Shown: piece after piece, positions 9,615 through 18,401 of the stretch
Numbering within the stretch: position 1 is the first letter of the stretch
Layout: each line of letters starts with the position of its first letter
The notes under the pieces: model-generated
What the model was told of the DNA's origin: nothing
Seen by the model: the letters and a program-made list of their open reading frames with translations, nothing else
The model's database searches: none
Made by a program: the position numbers and the translations under genes
IMG/VR virus record: IMGVR_UViG_3300037067_012588
Strand: one strand, 5' to 3'
Length of the DNA: 64,000 nucleotides
Source of the DNA: a virus
Lineage: Duplodnaviria > Caudoviricetes

Positions 9615-9823
9615 GATACCACCTGCTCCGTAAAATACCGACAATCAAACGGTATCCTGTCTATCATACACGGCGGACAACTCTCGCCACAACGAACCAA
9701 GCCAACCGCCCAGTTAAAATCATCCACAACGCCCCAACCGTCAAAACGAGAAAAAAGACCATCCGTCCTCCGACGATGATTGTCACAACACACCTTGCAT
9801 ATCTCCATGCTCAAGGTTCCCAT
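9602..9823 (-). CDS. CPxxxEH family
   Basis: EICKVC...GLVRC...CRYFTEQVVS. Confidence 0.75.
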   Translation of the reverse strand: MGTLSMEICKVCCDNHRRRTDGLFSRFDGWGVVDDFNWAVGLVRCGESCPPCMIDRIPFDCRYFTEQVVSWEF

Positions 9824-10035
9824 GACACCATATGCTCCGTCTGATAAAGACATGCACTGTTAGGCTGGCAACGAACATCACGATACCAAGAGGGGTCATC
9901 ATCACACATAACGATACCCTGGCTAAAACGAATGTCGTCCTCAAACTCCCACCCTGCGTGAGACGAGGGATATTTGAAACTCATCCTGTGCTTGTTCACA
10001 CAAGCCTTACATATCGCCTTGGAAAGAGCCATCAT
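9811..10035 (-). CDS. CPxxxEH family
   Basis: KAICKAC...GIVMC...CLYQTEHMVS. Confidence 0.75.
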   Translation of the reverse strand: MMALSKAICKACVNKHRMSFKYPSSHAGWEFEDDIRFSQGIVMCDDDPSWYRDVRCQPNSACLYQTEHMVSWEP

Positions 10036-10232
10036 TGAACCCCAAAACGTCCAATCTTGCCGCACTTCACACACCGCATCTTCTTGCTCACAGAAGACTT
10101 GATGATGCTACCGCCACACTCACACTGACCAGCAATCACTGGCGCAGGACCAACAACAGCCTCAATCACCTCCTCAATAGGAGGTACAAAACGATGCATA
10201 TACAACGGAAACACCATCATCGACTTATCCAT
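10032..10232 (-). CDS. small Zn-ribbon protein
   Basis: CECGG...CVKCG. Confidence 0.6.
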   Translation of the reverse strand: MDKSMMVFPLYMHRFVPPIEEVIEAVVGPAPVIAGQCECGGSIIKSSVSKKMRCVKCGKIGRFGVQ

Positions 10233-10233
10233 G

Positions 10234-10464
10234 CTATCCCACACGCTGAAAATAGCGCAAAAATTCACGCCGTACACGCCAAACACCAAACGACTCACAC
10301 GCAGCCCGATATGACTCTGATGAATTATACCGAAGCATGATGTTGTCGCCAGATAGACTCTCTTCCTTCATTGCATCACGAGCAGACAACTGTCCGAACG
10401 CAACATAATAGTACGTCCCATTCTGCGGGTTCCGACGCTTCTTGATCCAATACGGCTTAGACAT
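10234..10464 (-). CDS. hypothetical protein
   Basis: GGAGG RBS after promoter repeat. Confidence 0.65.
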   Translation of the reverse strand: MSKPYWIKKRRNPQNGTYYYVAFGQLSARDAMKEESLSGDNIMLRYNSSESYRAACESFGVWRVRREFLRYFQRVG

Positions 10465-10497
10465 CTTTCCATCCTCCAAGATTTGTTCTTCGTCTTT

Positions 10498-10540
10498 CAC
10501 AAAAGAACATCGTCTAGAGAAAGAAAATCTTGGAAAGAAA
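10498..10540 (-). promoter_or_regulatory. GGACGAT promoter-like repeat, copy 3
   Basis: variant AGACGATGTTCTTTTGTG. Confidence 0.65.
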
Positions 10541-10557
10541 ACCAAGCCTCTTACAAA

Positions 10558-10794
10558 TCACGACTCCTCTTGATCATCTTCTTGCTCATCCTCTTGCTCC
10601 TGTTCATCCGCAACCGCTTCCTCGTGGATGTTCGAACCCTCATACGTCTCAACCATGAAAACACAACTCTCACCCCAGCCCTCAGGCTGATCAGACTCTG
10701 CATTCTCGGCTTTCTCTTCAGAAAGATACCAGCGAACATACGCAGAACCGTCTCCACCGTTCATTAACGCCCCAAAAATCTCAACCTTTTTCAT
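10558..10794 (-). CDS. acidic hypothetical protein
   Basis: NGGDGSA...EGWGE motifs, RBS. Confidence 0.7.
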   Translation of the reverse strand: MKKVEIFGALMNGGDGSAYVRWYLSEEKAENAESDQPEGWGESCVFMVETYEGSNIHEEAVADEQEQEDEQEDDQEES

Positions 10795-10877
10795 CGTTTT
10801 TCTCCATAAAAACCTTCAAAAACCACTATTTATGACGAAAATTTGACAAAATTCAGTCAAACACCATCATAAAATAA

Positions 10878-10968
10878 CCAAAAACCAAAAATCCCGATAA
10901 AATCTGCCACGCAGGACTGCCAAAATCGGGTATATAGCCTTCAAAAGAAAAAATAATCGACCTATTTC
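10878..10968. repeat. dispersed ~95-bp element, copy 2
   Basis: exact 20-mer at 10947-10966; CCAAAAACCAAAAATC...TGCCACGCAGGACTG. Confidence 0.8.
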
Positions 10969-11195
10969 GTGCAAAAGCCTATTTTCATCACCTGTTCCAC
11001 AGCATACTCACACCAAACAGGAGGATTATGACAGAACTCTATGAAAGTTACCCTCCTGTTCGAACAAACAACTAACCCAGCTTTCCAATCAGACCGAAAC
11101 TTCTCGACCGTGTATTGTATGCCACCTTCCGAAGCAGGATTAAACCGACCACACTCTTTCGCACAACGGAAACAGATTTCCTTGTCCAACATCAC
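10962..11195 (-). CDS. CPxxxEH family
   Basis: KEICFRC...GLVVC...CEYAVEQ. Confidence 0.75.
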   Translation of the reverse strand: MMLDKEICFRCAKECGRFNPASEGGIQYTVEKFRSDWKAGLVVCSNRRVTFIEFCHNPPVWCEYAVEQVMKIGFCTK

Positions 11196-11252
11196 TGACT
11201 CTCCATAACAACCAAATACGCAATAACTCGCCCCTCAACACCCTCTCTTCCT

Positions 11253-11540
11253 TCACAAGGCAGCCAACAAGTCGGACATCTTCAAAAAACATAGCGTCGG
11301 TGTAGTATAAACACCACAATATCCCTGCCATTGCATAGGTACGGTCACCTCTAAACATTCATCCGTCATCTTACTTATGAGTTTGACCTTGCTATGGGTT
11401 GGGACGCAAATCGTCTTCTGCCAGTATAAAACATCAAGCGGACGTGCCAACTCAAACTCTATTGGCACTCCTTCGCAAAACAACTGAATATCCACCCAAG
11501 CAATAAACTGCCTGTGAGAAAGATCAATAGGAAAATCCAT
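11253..11540 (-). CDS. hypothetical protein
   Basis: ATG at 11540 after GGAGGT. Confidence 0.6.
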   Translation of the reverse strand: MDFPIDLSHRQFIAWVDIQLFCEGVPIEFELARPLDVLYWQKTICVPTHSKVKLISKMTDECLEVTVPMQWQGYCGVYTTPTLCFLKMSDLLAAL

Positions 11541-11586
11541 AATATACCTCCAACAGACACTCCAATATACCTCCAACAGACACTCC
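11541..11586. repeat. perfect 23-bp tandem duplication
   Basis: AATATACCTCCAACAGACACTCC x2. Confidence 0.9.
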
Positions 11587-11590
11587 TCCT

Positions 11591-11627
11591 CACAGAATAT
11601 ATCGTCCAAGAAGAAATTTTCTGACAA
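11591..11627 (-). promoter_or_regulatory. GGACGAT promoter-like repeat, copy 4
   Basis: TTGTCA-15-GACGATATATTCTGTG. Confidence 0.6.
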
Positions 11628-12860
11628 CTATTTCTTCAACCTCAATAAAGCCATATCGAAATATTCCCTCTCACACTCTATCCCAATAAAACCAAAACCC
11701 TCCAAAATCGCAGCCTTGCCCGTACTACCACTACCCATAAATGGGTCAAGAATCAATCCAAAAGGACGTGTCACCAATCGACATAAATAACGCATTAACT
11801 CAGTCGGCTTCACTGTAGGATGCTTGTTGTCCAAACCCCTGTCCTTCTTCGATGCCTTGGCGCAATAAAAGAACCGAGCCGCTGAACCAGAATCACCACG
11901 CTTCTCCGAAGCTATCCGTCCATACTCGCCATAAGCATTCTTCCCAGTATGACTCAGCTCAGTTCCCCTCACATCGCCCTGCTGACCCTTACTCTCAGGA
12001 AACAACCCAATAACCTCTTCACTACCATCATGAATCAAATTCGCTGGATAACGACCCTTCAACTCTGGACGCTCAAATGACTCCCGATCCCTATCATTCT
12101 GTACACCACCAGCCAAAGCACCAGACTTAGCTGTACACTTCCCCTGCGGAGTAGCTGATGCCTTGTCAGCTTCATTTACATACTCAACACGACATCCATC
12201 AATATTCAAACCGCCAGTGCCCCACTTCAAAACATTCTTGGCTATCGTACTCTCAGAAATCGGCTTCTGAAACAACCACCAGTCCTCAACAGCGGGCTTT
12301 AAACATGTATTCCATCCATCCCATTGCTTCGCTTCCTCAGTAGATGGTGTTGTGATAGTTGCACCATTATCCGATCTGTCACTCATTGATTCATTTCCAC
12401 CAATATTCCCGATAGACCCACTTTTATATTGTCTGTTTGGGCGTAAACGTGATTCATCAAAACCTATCACCTCCCGCTCAACACCAGCCTGCTTGTCAAT
12501 CATCTTCCCAATATCTTGTCCCTTTGGAAACCCTGACCCAAAACAATGCGCTATCCTATCCTTCACAACAAAACCAGCATTCTCCCACGCTGTAGCCGTC
12601 CAATGACTTGTCCTCGGTATAGCCCAAACAAGTGCATAACCTCCCGGCTTCAAAACCCTCAAACATTCCCTTGCTATACTCTCCATCCAATTTATCCAAT
12701 GGTCACGACCGCCCTTATCATCATCCCATTCCTTACCCATAAACGATATTCCCGCAGGAGGGTCAGTAACAACACTGTCTACACTGTTCTCAGACATACC
12801 ACTCATCACTTCCAAACAATCACCGTTTATAAGATCAAAAGAATCCATTACACCATCCAT
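11628..12860 (-). CDS. DNA N6-adenine/N4-cytosine methyltransferase (beta-type)
   Basis: GDCLEVM, VTDPPA, HPTVKP, LDPFMGSGSTG. Confidence 0.9.
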   Translation of the reverse strand: MDGVMDSFDLINGDCLEVMSGMSENSVDSVVTDPPAGISFMGKEWDDDKGGRDHWINWMESIARECLRVLKPGGYALVWAIPRTSHWTATAWENAGFVVKDRIAHCFGSGFPKGQDIGKMIDKQAGVEREVIGFDESRLRPNRQYKSGSIGNIGGNESMSDRSDNGATITTPSTEEAKQWDGWNTCLKPAVEDWWLFQKPISESTIAKNVLKWGTGGLNIDGCRVEYVNEADKASATPQGKCTAKSGALAGGVQNDRDRESFERPELKGRYPANLIHDGSEEVIGLFPESKGQQGDVRGTELSHTGKNAYGEYGRIASEKRGDSGSAARFFYCAKASKKDRGLDNKHPTVKPTELMRYLCRLVTRPFGLILDPFMGSGSTGKAAILEGFGFIGIECEREYFDMALLRLKK

Positions 12861-12866
12861 TCAAAA

Positions 12867-12957
12867 CCAAAAACCAAAAATCTGGATTATTTCTGCTACA
12901 CAGGACTGGCACTTTTTCACATATGACACTCAGAAGAAAAAATAATCGACCTATTTC
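12867..12957. repeat. dispersed ~95-bp element, copy 3
   Basis: exact 20-mer at 12936-12955; CCAAAAACCAAAAATCTGGAT...CAGGACTG. Confidence 0.8.
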
Positions 12958-12975
12958 ATCAGAGCTTATTGTTTT

Positions 12976-13407
12976 TCATATCGATGTGTCTCTTCTTGAT
13001 GACTCCAATACTACCTTTGGATTAAGAACCTTCTTGAGATTCTCATCAACAACATCGCTTGCCATCTGAAGGACTTCATTCTCAGTAAGAGCCGTATCAC
13101 TATCAATACCTCTCGTCGTCAGTGCTATATACGTTTTCCCTGTCTTTGTGTTCACTCTGGCTTGAATGGTCTTAGCTGTCAAGAGTATCTTGATAGCTGC
13201 ATTGTAGTGTTGTTTTGACCCTGCAATGTGTCCAGCCATGAATGCACAAAGTCCTGATGCGAACATAGTGATGGGAATGAACAATGCAAGAGATATGGGC
13301 AACGCTTTGAAGTTATATCCACACGTCTGCAAGTGGACGAGAATGATAAGCGGAAGTGTGGTGATGAGATTCAATCCAGCGATGATAAGGGAGAGTTTTG
13401 TTTTCAT
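12976..13407 (-). CDS. membrane protein (2 N-terminal TM)
   Basis: two hydrophobic stretches. Confidence 0.7.
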   Translation of the reverse strand: MKTKLSLIIAGLNLITTLPLIILVHLQTCGYNFKALPISLALFIPITMFASGLCAFMAGHIAGSKQHYNAAIKILLTAKTIQARVNTKTGKTYIALTTRGIDSDTALTENEVLQMASDVVDENLKKVLNPKVVLESSRRDTSI

Positions 13408-13475
13408 AATTTTCTTTCCTCTTGATTTGGAAAAGATTGATTTGTTGGAAAATTTTCTGGCATTTGGCCACGGTT

Positions 13476-13520
13476 TTTAGGTTCGTTTAGGTTCGTTTAG
13501 GTTCGTTTAGGTTTAGGTTC
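13476..13520. repeat. tandem repeat (TTTAGGTTCG)x3 plus two partial units
   Basis: read directly, in non-coding gap at skew switch. Confidence 0.9.
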
Positions 13521-13716
13521 TTTATAATACAGGTAAGCTTCCCTCTATATACAAGCTTCTCTACCTACCCTATCGGCTATGCTATTCGCTATACTTCCCA
13601 CATATAGTCATTATACGCCCACAAGTGGAATTTTTGGGATTTTTTTACGAAGGGGAACATATACAAGTATGTCAAATATAAGCAGTTGTGTTTAGTTTTA
13701 GTTATGTACAGTTTTG

Positions 13717-13980
13717 TTACTGTTTTTTAAGGGGAGAACGTGTTTGTTCTGTGAGGTTGTGTTCGAGTATGTATGGGCAGTCTTTGATGTATTGAATAGC
13801 TTCTGTGGTTTTGACATTGATAGTGTGTGATTGTGGGAATACTGGGCAATTGTGGAAGATGTTTTGGTTCCAGAGTCTTTCCCATGTATTGAGTATTTGT
13901 TGTTGGTTCATTCCATCTACGGTGAAGGAATGAGCGAGGACTCTTTTTGTGAAGCATTGTTTACAGAGAGTTTTGTTCAT
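13717..13980 (-). CDS. CPxxxEH family
   Basis: KTLCKQC...NCP...CPYILEH. Confidence 0.8.
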   Translation of the reverse strand: MNKTLCKQCFTKRVLAHSFTVDGMNQQQILNTWERLWNQNIFHNCPVFPQSHTINVKTTEAIQYIKDCPYILEHNLTEQTRSPLKKQ

Positions 13981-13983
13981 CTT

Positions 13984-14139
13984 TTAGCCTTTGAGATACA
14001 TAACGATAGGGTCGAGGACAAACTTGGTGAACGCCACGACTGAGGCGATAAGTGTGATCATGAAGGCTGTGGATAGGAGTGATGCGAAAGGTTCTGAGTA
14101 ATAGACATTGACGAGGCATTCTTTCTTCTCAACACACAT
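13984..14139 (-). CDS. small TM protein or remnant of membrane subfamily
   Basis: hand-translated 51 aa with one TM helix. Confidence 0.4.
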   Translation of the reverse strand: MCVEKKECLVNVYYSEPFASLLSTAFMITLIASVVAFTKFVLDPIVMYLKG

Positions 14140-14215
14140 TGTTTTGAAACCATTTTATAATCCACCATCAATAGCTTTCTTAAGAGCAGCTATAGCACGA
14201 TTTTGCCATCAGATG

Positions 14216-14701
14216 TCAAGTTACACGAAGTCCCATTGACATATTTTCCTTGGCGAAAGCAGTTAACAACCCATCTTCGCCAACCAGATTCTCAGGGGAT
14301 GATAAAATAATCCGAACCCTGTCAATACCATTATAACTTCTCCCAGGGTTTAAACCAGCGAGTTTTCTATAGATCATTTCATCATCAAAACCAGTATGAT
14401 TTGGTTCTTCTAAATCCATCCGAGTAACACAAGACGAATCTAGGATAGTAGATCCATGTGTAAATTGGTATTCAAAGCTACGGTCAAAACCATATGTATA
14501 ATTCGTTGACCTGAAGGTCTCCATATATCTACTATTAGTTAAGTCCCTATACACACGGAGTGTCGTATCACCCGGACAACCTATTAGAATAACAAGAATG
14601 TTCATATTATACCTTTCAAAAAATTGTTTTTGATCCACCTCTTTATAATATTTTGTAACACATCCAACTTCACTTTTCCATGGTTTTGGAGTAATTCCCA
14701 T
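14216..14701 (-). CDS. hypothetical protein (AT-rich insert)
   Basis: AAGGAG RBS; composition differs from flanks. Confidence 0.7.
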   Translation of the reverse strand: MGITPKPWKSEVGCVTKYYKEVDQKQFFERYNMNILVILIGCPGDTTLRVYRDLTNSRYMETFRSTNYTYGFDRSFEYQFTHGSTILDSSCVTRMDLEEPNHTGFDDEMIYRKLAGLNPGRSYNGIDRVRIILSSPENLVGEDGLLTAFAKENMSMGLRVT

Positions 14702-14809
14702 TGAAATTCTCCTTAAATATAAGGACATCCATATTCTAAATCTGGGAACTTTTCAACTATCTCTGCTGCTGTTTTACAACTGAATTCGTTTCTTCCTTTC
14801 ATGGTTGGA

Positions 14810-15229
14810 TTATACGTCTGGGTCAGGTATTTGGTGTTTGAAAAGTCTGACGATATTAACGAGTATGGTTATGGCATTTGGTATAGCGAAGGCTATAGCG
14901 ATTTCGCTAGGGTATTTTGAGAAGAGTGGTTCTTGTGTTGAGAACGAGATGATATTGAGGCTTTTGAGTGCGTGCGTCACGGCGAGGAAGCCGAGCATAT
15001 AGAGGATGTTAACCAAGAAGATATGTGTGATGAGTTCTTCGAGGATTTTGAATCGGAATTTGAGGTAGATTCTTTGTGCGTATGAGTCAGAGACAACTCT
15101 TTCGAGTTGATATGGGCAGTCTTCGATATTGTAGCAGGTCAGGGGATTTGCCCGGATGTATTGGTATTCTTTTCGCCAATTATTTACATGGCCATAGATG
15201 GGGCAATTTTTAGGGCATGGGTTGAGCAT
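14810..15229 (-). CDS. membrane-anchored CPY subfamily, copy 8
   Basis: NPCPKNC...NPLTC...CPYQLER + 2 TM. Confidence 0.8.
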   Translation of the reverse strand: MLNPCPKNCPIYGHVNNWRKEYQYIRANPLTCYNIEDCPYQLERVVSDSYAQRIYLKFRFKILEELITHIFLVNILYMLGFLAVTHALKSLNIISFSTQEPLFSKYPSEIAIAFAIPNAITILVNIVRLFKHQIPDPDV

Positions 15230-15231
15230 GG

Positions 15232-15621
15232 TTATACTTCTTTCCACAAGGATACGATCATGGAAATCATAGCTCCCAGAGACGCAAACGCAATGCCGAT
15301 GCGGATTTCTCTATAGATGACATGTAGCCAAGGCAATGCCGATGCGATGAGCAAGACAGTTGTCAGGACAACCAAGACCAACGTAATGAAGAAGGGTATG
15401 CTATGGGGCAATTCGGCGTCATATTTCCATCTCATGGTGAACCACATACGACTGAGATAATCTTTGAGTTTGGACGCTTGGAGTGTCCTTTCGAGTTGAT
15501 AGGGGCAATCTGTTTGATTGCAGGAGACTTGATTTGGTGTATTTTTGAGGACATCATCCCAAGGTTTGATGGTTGTGTGTTTGAAGGCATGGCAGGATTT
15601 CGGGCATGTATTGAGCATCAT
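15232..15621 (-). CDS. membrane-anchored CPY subfamily, copy 7
   Basis: NTCPKSC...SC...CPYQLERT + 2 TM. Confidence 0.8.
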   Translation of the reverse strand: MMLNTCPKSCHAFKHTTIKPWDDVLKNTPNQVSCNQTDCPYQLERTLQASKLKDYLSRMWFTMRWKYDAELPHSIPFFITLVLVVLTTVLLIASALPWLHVIYREIRIGIAFASLGAMISMIVSLWKEV

Positions 15622-16013
15622 ATATCTATTTCATGGCATAAGACGATGTATAGACATAAGACAGCAGCGACGATCAATGAGGTTGCCGAGACGAATTGGA
15701 GTTCCTGTTCAAGGATTGGCAGGAACGAGATAAGGACAGCAGCCATGAACCCTATAGCCAAGACGAAGATGAACGCAGCGACTCTGTTTGGGAGTTTGAG
15801 TTTTGAGACTATGATGATGAAATACAGTGCAGCGAGGGTGAATATTTTTGATGGTGATGCTTGGAGTGTCCTTTCGAGTTCATAGGGACAATCGTGAGTG
15901 TTTTCACAAGTGAATGGATTGGGGAGTTTTTTCCAGATATTTTTGAGTTCTGGGAATGCTGCAAAGCCTTCGTGTTTGAAGGCTTTGCAGCATTTTGGGC
16001 ATGTATTGAGCAT
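15618..16013 (-). CDS. membrane-anchored CPY subfamily, copy 6
   Basis: NTCPKCC...NPFTC...CPYELERT + 3 TM. Confidence 0.8.
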   Translation of the reverse strand: MLNTCPKCCKAFKHEGFAAFPELKNIWKKLPNPFTCENTHDCPYELERTLQASPSKIFTLAALYFIIIVSKLKLPNRVAAFIFVLAIGFMAAVLISFLPILEQELQFVSATSLIVAAVLCLYIVLCHEIDI

Positions 16014-16016
16014 GGT

Positions 16017-16400
16017 TTATTCTTCTTTGAGTTTTCTAGTCAGATATACGATCATGTCGATTATACAAACCACATAGAGGAACGGCACAAGGCTTTCGCA
16101 GACGAATGACACGAGATATGTGACGGTCAATATAGCCATAACTCTCAGCAGCATCTTGAAGAACCAAATCTGTTTGTTCAACGATATGAGTTTGACTAAG
16201 AAATACAAGATAAAAACGCCTGCATTCATCCAAGAGAACGAGATAGTTCTTTCAACGAGATATGGGCATATGGAATCTTGTCTGAGCGAGTTGTTTGCGC
16301 AGGTCATAGGGTTTGGGATATTTTTCCAAAATTTATCCGTATCGCCGCCATCATAGCGATGTTCGAAGGCATGGCAGGATTTTGGGCAAGTGGTATTCAC
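16017..16400 (-). CDS. membrane-anchored CPY subfamily, copy 5
   Basis: TTCPKSC...NPMTC...CPYLVERT + TMs. Confidence 0.8.
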   Translation of the reverse strand: MNTTCPKSCHAFEHRYDGGDTDKFWKNIPNPMTCANNSLRQDSICPYLVERTISFSWMNAGVFILYFLVKLISLNKQIWFFKMLLRVMAILTVTYLVSFVCESLVPFLYVVCIIDMIVYLTRKLKEE

Positions 16401-16795
16401 ATATTTCTCATCATGACGAGCGTGATAATGGTAGCGGCAACAAAAGTATAACATGACGGCATTACGATAACTACCGCCTCAGCGAGAATTGGCATATTGA
16501 GGAGCTGGGCCATATTTCCGATGATGGAAAGCAGTCCTGTAACGATCATTGCTACGAAGAAGAAATTCACTGGCACGTCGAAATTGTGTTTGAGGATTGA
16601 TTTGAAGACGAAGAAGACCATGAGTATGAAAGCGTCCACCCGAGAGAACAGGACAGTTCTTTCGACGAGATAGGGGCAGGTATCATATTCGAACGAGCTA
16701 TTGGCACAGGTCACTGGGTTTGGGTTCTTTTCCCAGACGGATGACAAATAATTTGGTTCAAAGGCTTTGCAGTGTTTTGGGCATGTATTGAGCAT
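16397..16795 (-). CDS. membrane-anchored CPY subfamily, copy 4
   Basis: NTCPKHC...NPVTC...CPYLVERT + 3 TM. Confidence 0.8.
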   Translation of the reverse strand: MLNTCPKHCKAFEPNYLSSVWEKNPNPVTCANSSFEYDTCPYLVERTVLFSRVDAFILMVFFVFKSILKHNFDVPVNFFFVAMIVTGLLSIIGNMAQLLNMPILAEAVVIVMPSCYTFVAATIITLVMMRNM

Positions 16796-16798
16796 GGT

Positions 16799-17191
16799 TT
16801 ATTTCACTCCCCAATCATCCACAATTTCAACGAAGACGGATACAGCGCACACGACGAACAGGGCGATACTTGCTCCGAAGAGTTCTTTGCTGGCGATTTT
16901 GTTTTGGATAATCAGCAGTGTAATTCCCAAGACAAGCGTAAACAGCGGCACGAATGCTTCTTTTCTGAATTCGGCGTGTAATAACCCGCCGTATGATTTT
17001 ACTTTCAAGAGGAACATTTTCAGCTTGGATTTTTGGAGAATCATTTCGAGTTGGTACGGGCAACTGTCAGTATCTTCGTGTCCGCACGATATTGGGTTTG
17101 GTTCTTTTTCCAGAAAATTGTCCAAAACCTCGATATCATAGACACGGAGGTGAAGAAAGGTTTGGCAGTTTTTTGGGCAAGGGTTAATCAA
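16799..17191 (-). CDS. membrane-anchored CPY subfamily, copy 3
   Basis: NPCPKNC...NPISC...CPYQLE + 2 TM. Confidence 0.8.
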   Translation of the reverse strand: MINPCPKNCQTFLHLRVYDIEVLDNFLEKEPNPISCGHEDTDSCPYQLEMILQKSKLKMFLLKVKSYGGLLHAEFRKEAFVPLFTLVLGITLLIIQNKIASKELFGASIALFVVCAVSVFVEIVDDWGVK

Positions 17192-17565
17192 GTTTCGCTT
17201 CCAATTGCTACAACCAAAACAACGCACACGCTGGCGATATACAGGACAAACAATTCAGTGTTGATAATTTTCATGCTTGAGAACAAGGTGGCAAGGAGAG
17301 CCACCCCTGCAAAAATACTTGCCAAAATCAAGAGCACTTCCTTTTTGTCGAGTCTCACTTCATTATACGCTTTGATGGTGAAGGTGAGTTTGGTGAATAA
17401 ATATCCCAGCCCTTGTTTTGCGAGTAACAGTTCGAGTTGGTATGGGCAGTGTTGTTCAACGGTTTGGCAAGTAACCGGGTTTGGGATATTATCCAGCGGT
17501 TTTGGGTAATATTTTGATTTGGACAGGTGGTTATATTTTGGGCAATTTTTGGGGCAAGGGTTCAT
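17188..17565 (-). CDS. membrane-anchored CPY subfamily, copy 2
   Basis: NPCPKNC...NPVTC...CPYQLE + 2 TM. Confidence 0.8.
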   Translation of the reverse strand: MNPCPKNCPKYNHLSKSKYYPKPLDNIPNPVTCQTVEQHCPYQLELLLAKQGLGYLFTKLTFTIKAYNEVRLDKKEVLLILASIFAGVALLATLFSSMKIINTELFVLYIASVCVVLVVAIGSET

Positions 17566-17945
17566 CGTAATTTTCTTCCGATAATAAGTGAGGCAGCGCA
17601 GACGATGACGACGGTAACAGCGCAAGCCACTTCCAGTTCACGTTTGAGGACGGGCAATAAGATTGCATCTATGCCAAGGACGAAGAGGGTGAATATCGCC
17701 ACAAGCAAGACAAACAGCACTGGTGGAACCAGATATTCATTCAACGCTCTGACGCCATACCAAGCCTTTAGGACGATTTTGTTCAGTCCTTGGAGGCTGA
17801 GTAGCACTTCGAGTTCGTAAGGGCACTGTGAGCCTTTGTTGGCGCAGGTGACGGGGTTTGGTATGGTATAGAGCGGCAGAGTTCTTTCGAATCTGTAGGT
17901 TTGGGTTTCGTGCTGGTATTTTTTACAGTTTTTGCAAGGGTTCAT
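17562..17945 (-). CDS. membrane-anchored CPY subfamily, copy 1
   Basis: NPCKNC...NPVTC...CPYELE + 2 TM. Confidence 0.8.
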   Translation of the reverse strand: MNPCKNCKKYQHETQTYRFERTLPLYTIPNPVTCANKGSQCPYELEVLLSLQGLNKIVLKAWYGVRALNEYLVPPVLFVLLVAIFTLFVLGIDAILLPVLKRELEVACAVTVVIVCAASLIIGRKLR

Positions 17946-18166
17946 GTGTGTTTTTCCAAAAGCGAGCCATCAATCAGAGAATACGAGCAACGGTTTTTGA
18001 TGTTAAAAGTCTTTGCCCCTTCACGTTCGCCGTTTTGTATTTCACGTTCAGTGACATAAATCTGCCCTTTGAAGCAATCTTCCAAAAGAAAAGAACCATC
18101 CTTTTTGATAGCCTTTACTGTGTAAAGCACTTTTTCGATATAGACACAATCGTCAACATTGGTCAT
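17942..18166 (-). CDS. hypothetical protein
   Basis: GAGG RBS, ATGA overlap. Confidence 0.6.
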   Translation of the reverse strand: MTNVDDCVYIEKVLYTVKAIKKDGSFLLEDCFKGQIYVTEREIQNGEREGAKTFNIKNRCSYSLIDGSLLEKHT

Positions 18167-18170
18167 GTGC

Positions 18171-18401
18171 TTATTCCTCCTCAAAAACTGCATGTTCGGT
18201 AAGGTACGGGCAGCCGAAGTTATCTCCGACCAAGCTGAAAAGGAGTCGTCCGCATATTTTCGGACAGAGGCAGTGGACTTTCTTATCGAACAACACTTCC
18301 CATTCTTTTTCAGACATTTTGACGGAATAACTCTGGTTAAATATGTATTTGTCGAATTGGTCTTGGAGACATTTTCTGCAGACCTCTTTGGCGAATTTCA
18401 T
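18171..18401 (-). CDS. CPxxxEH family
   Basis: KEVCRKC...CP...CPYLTEH. Confidence 0.8.
   Translation of the reverse strand: MKFAKEVCRKCLQDQFDKYIFNQSYSVKMSEKEWEVLFDKKVHCLCPKICGRLLFSLVGDNFGCPYLTEHAVFEEE

Noticed and set aside
13476-13520. TTTAGG repeats as a eukaryotic telomere or CRISPR array
   Set aside because: Only about 45 bp, no spacers, and an SD-led phage gene context.
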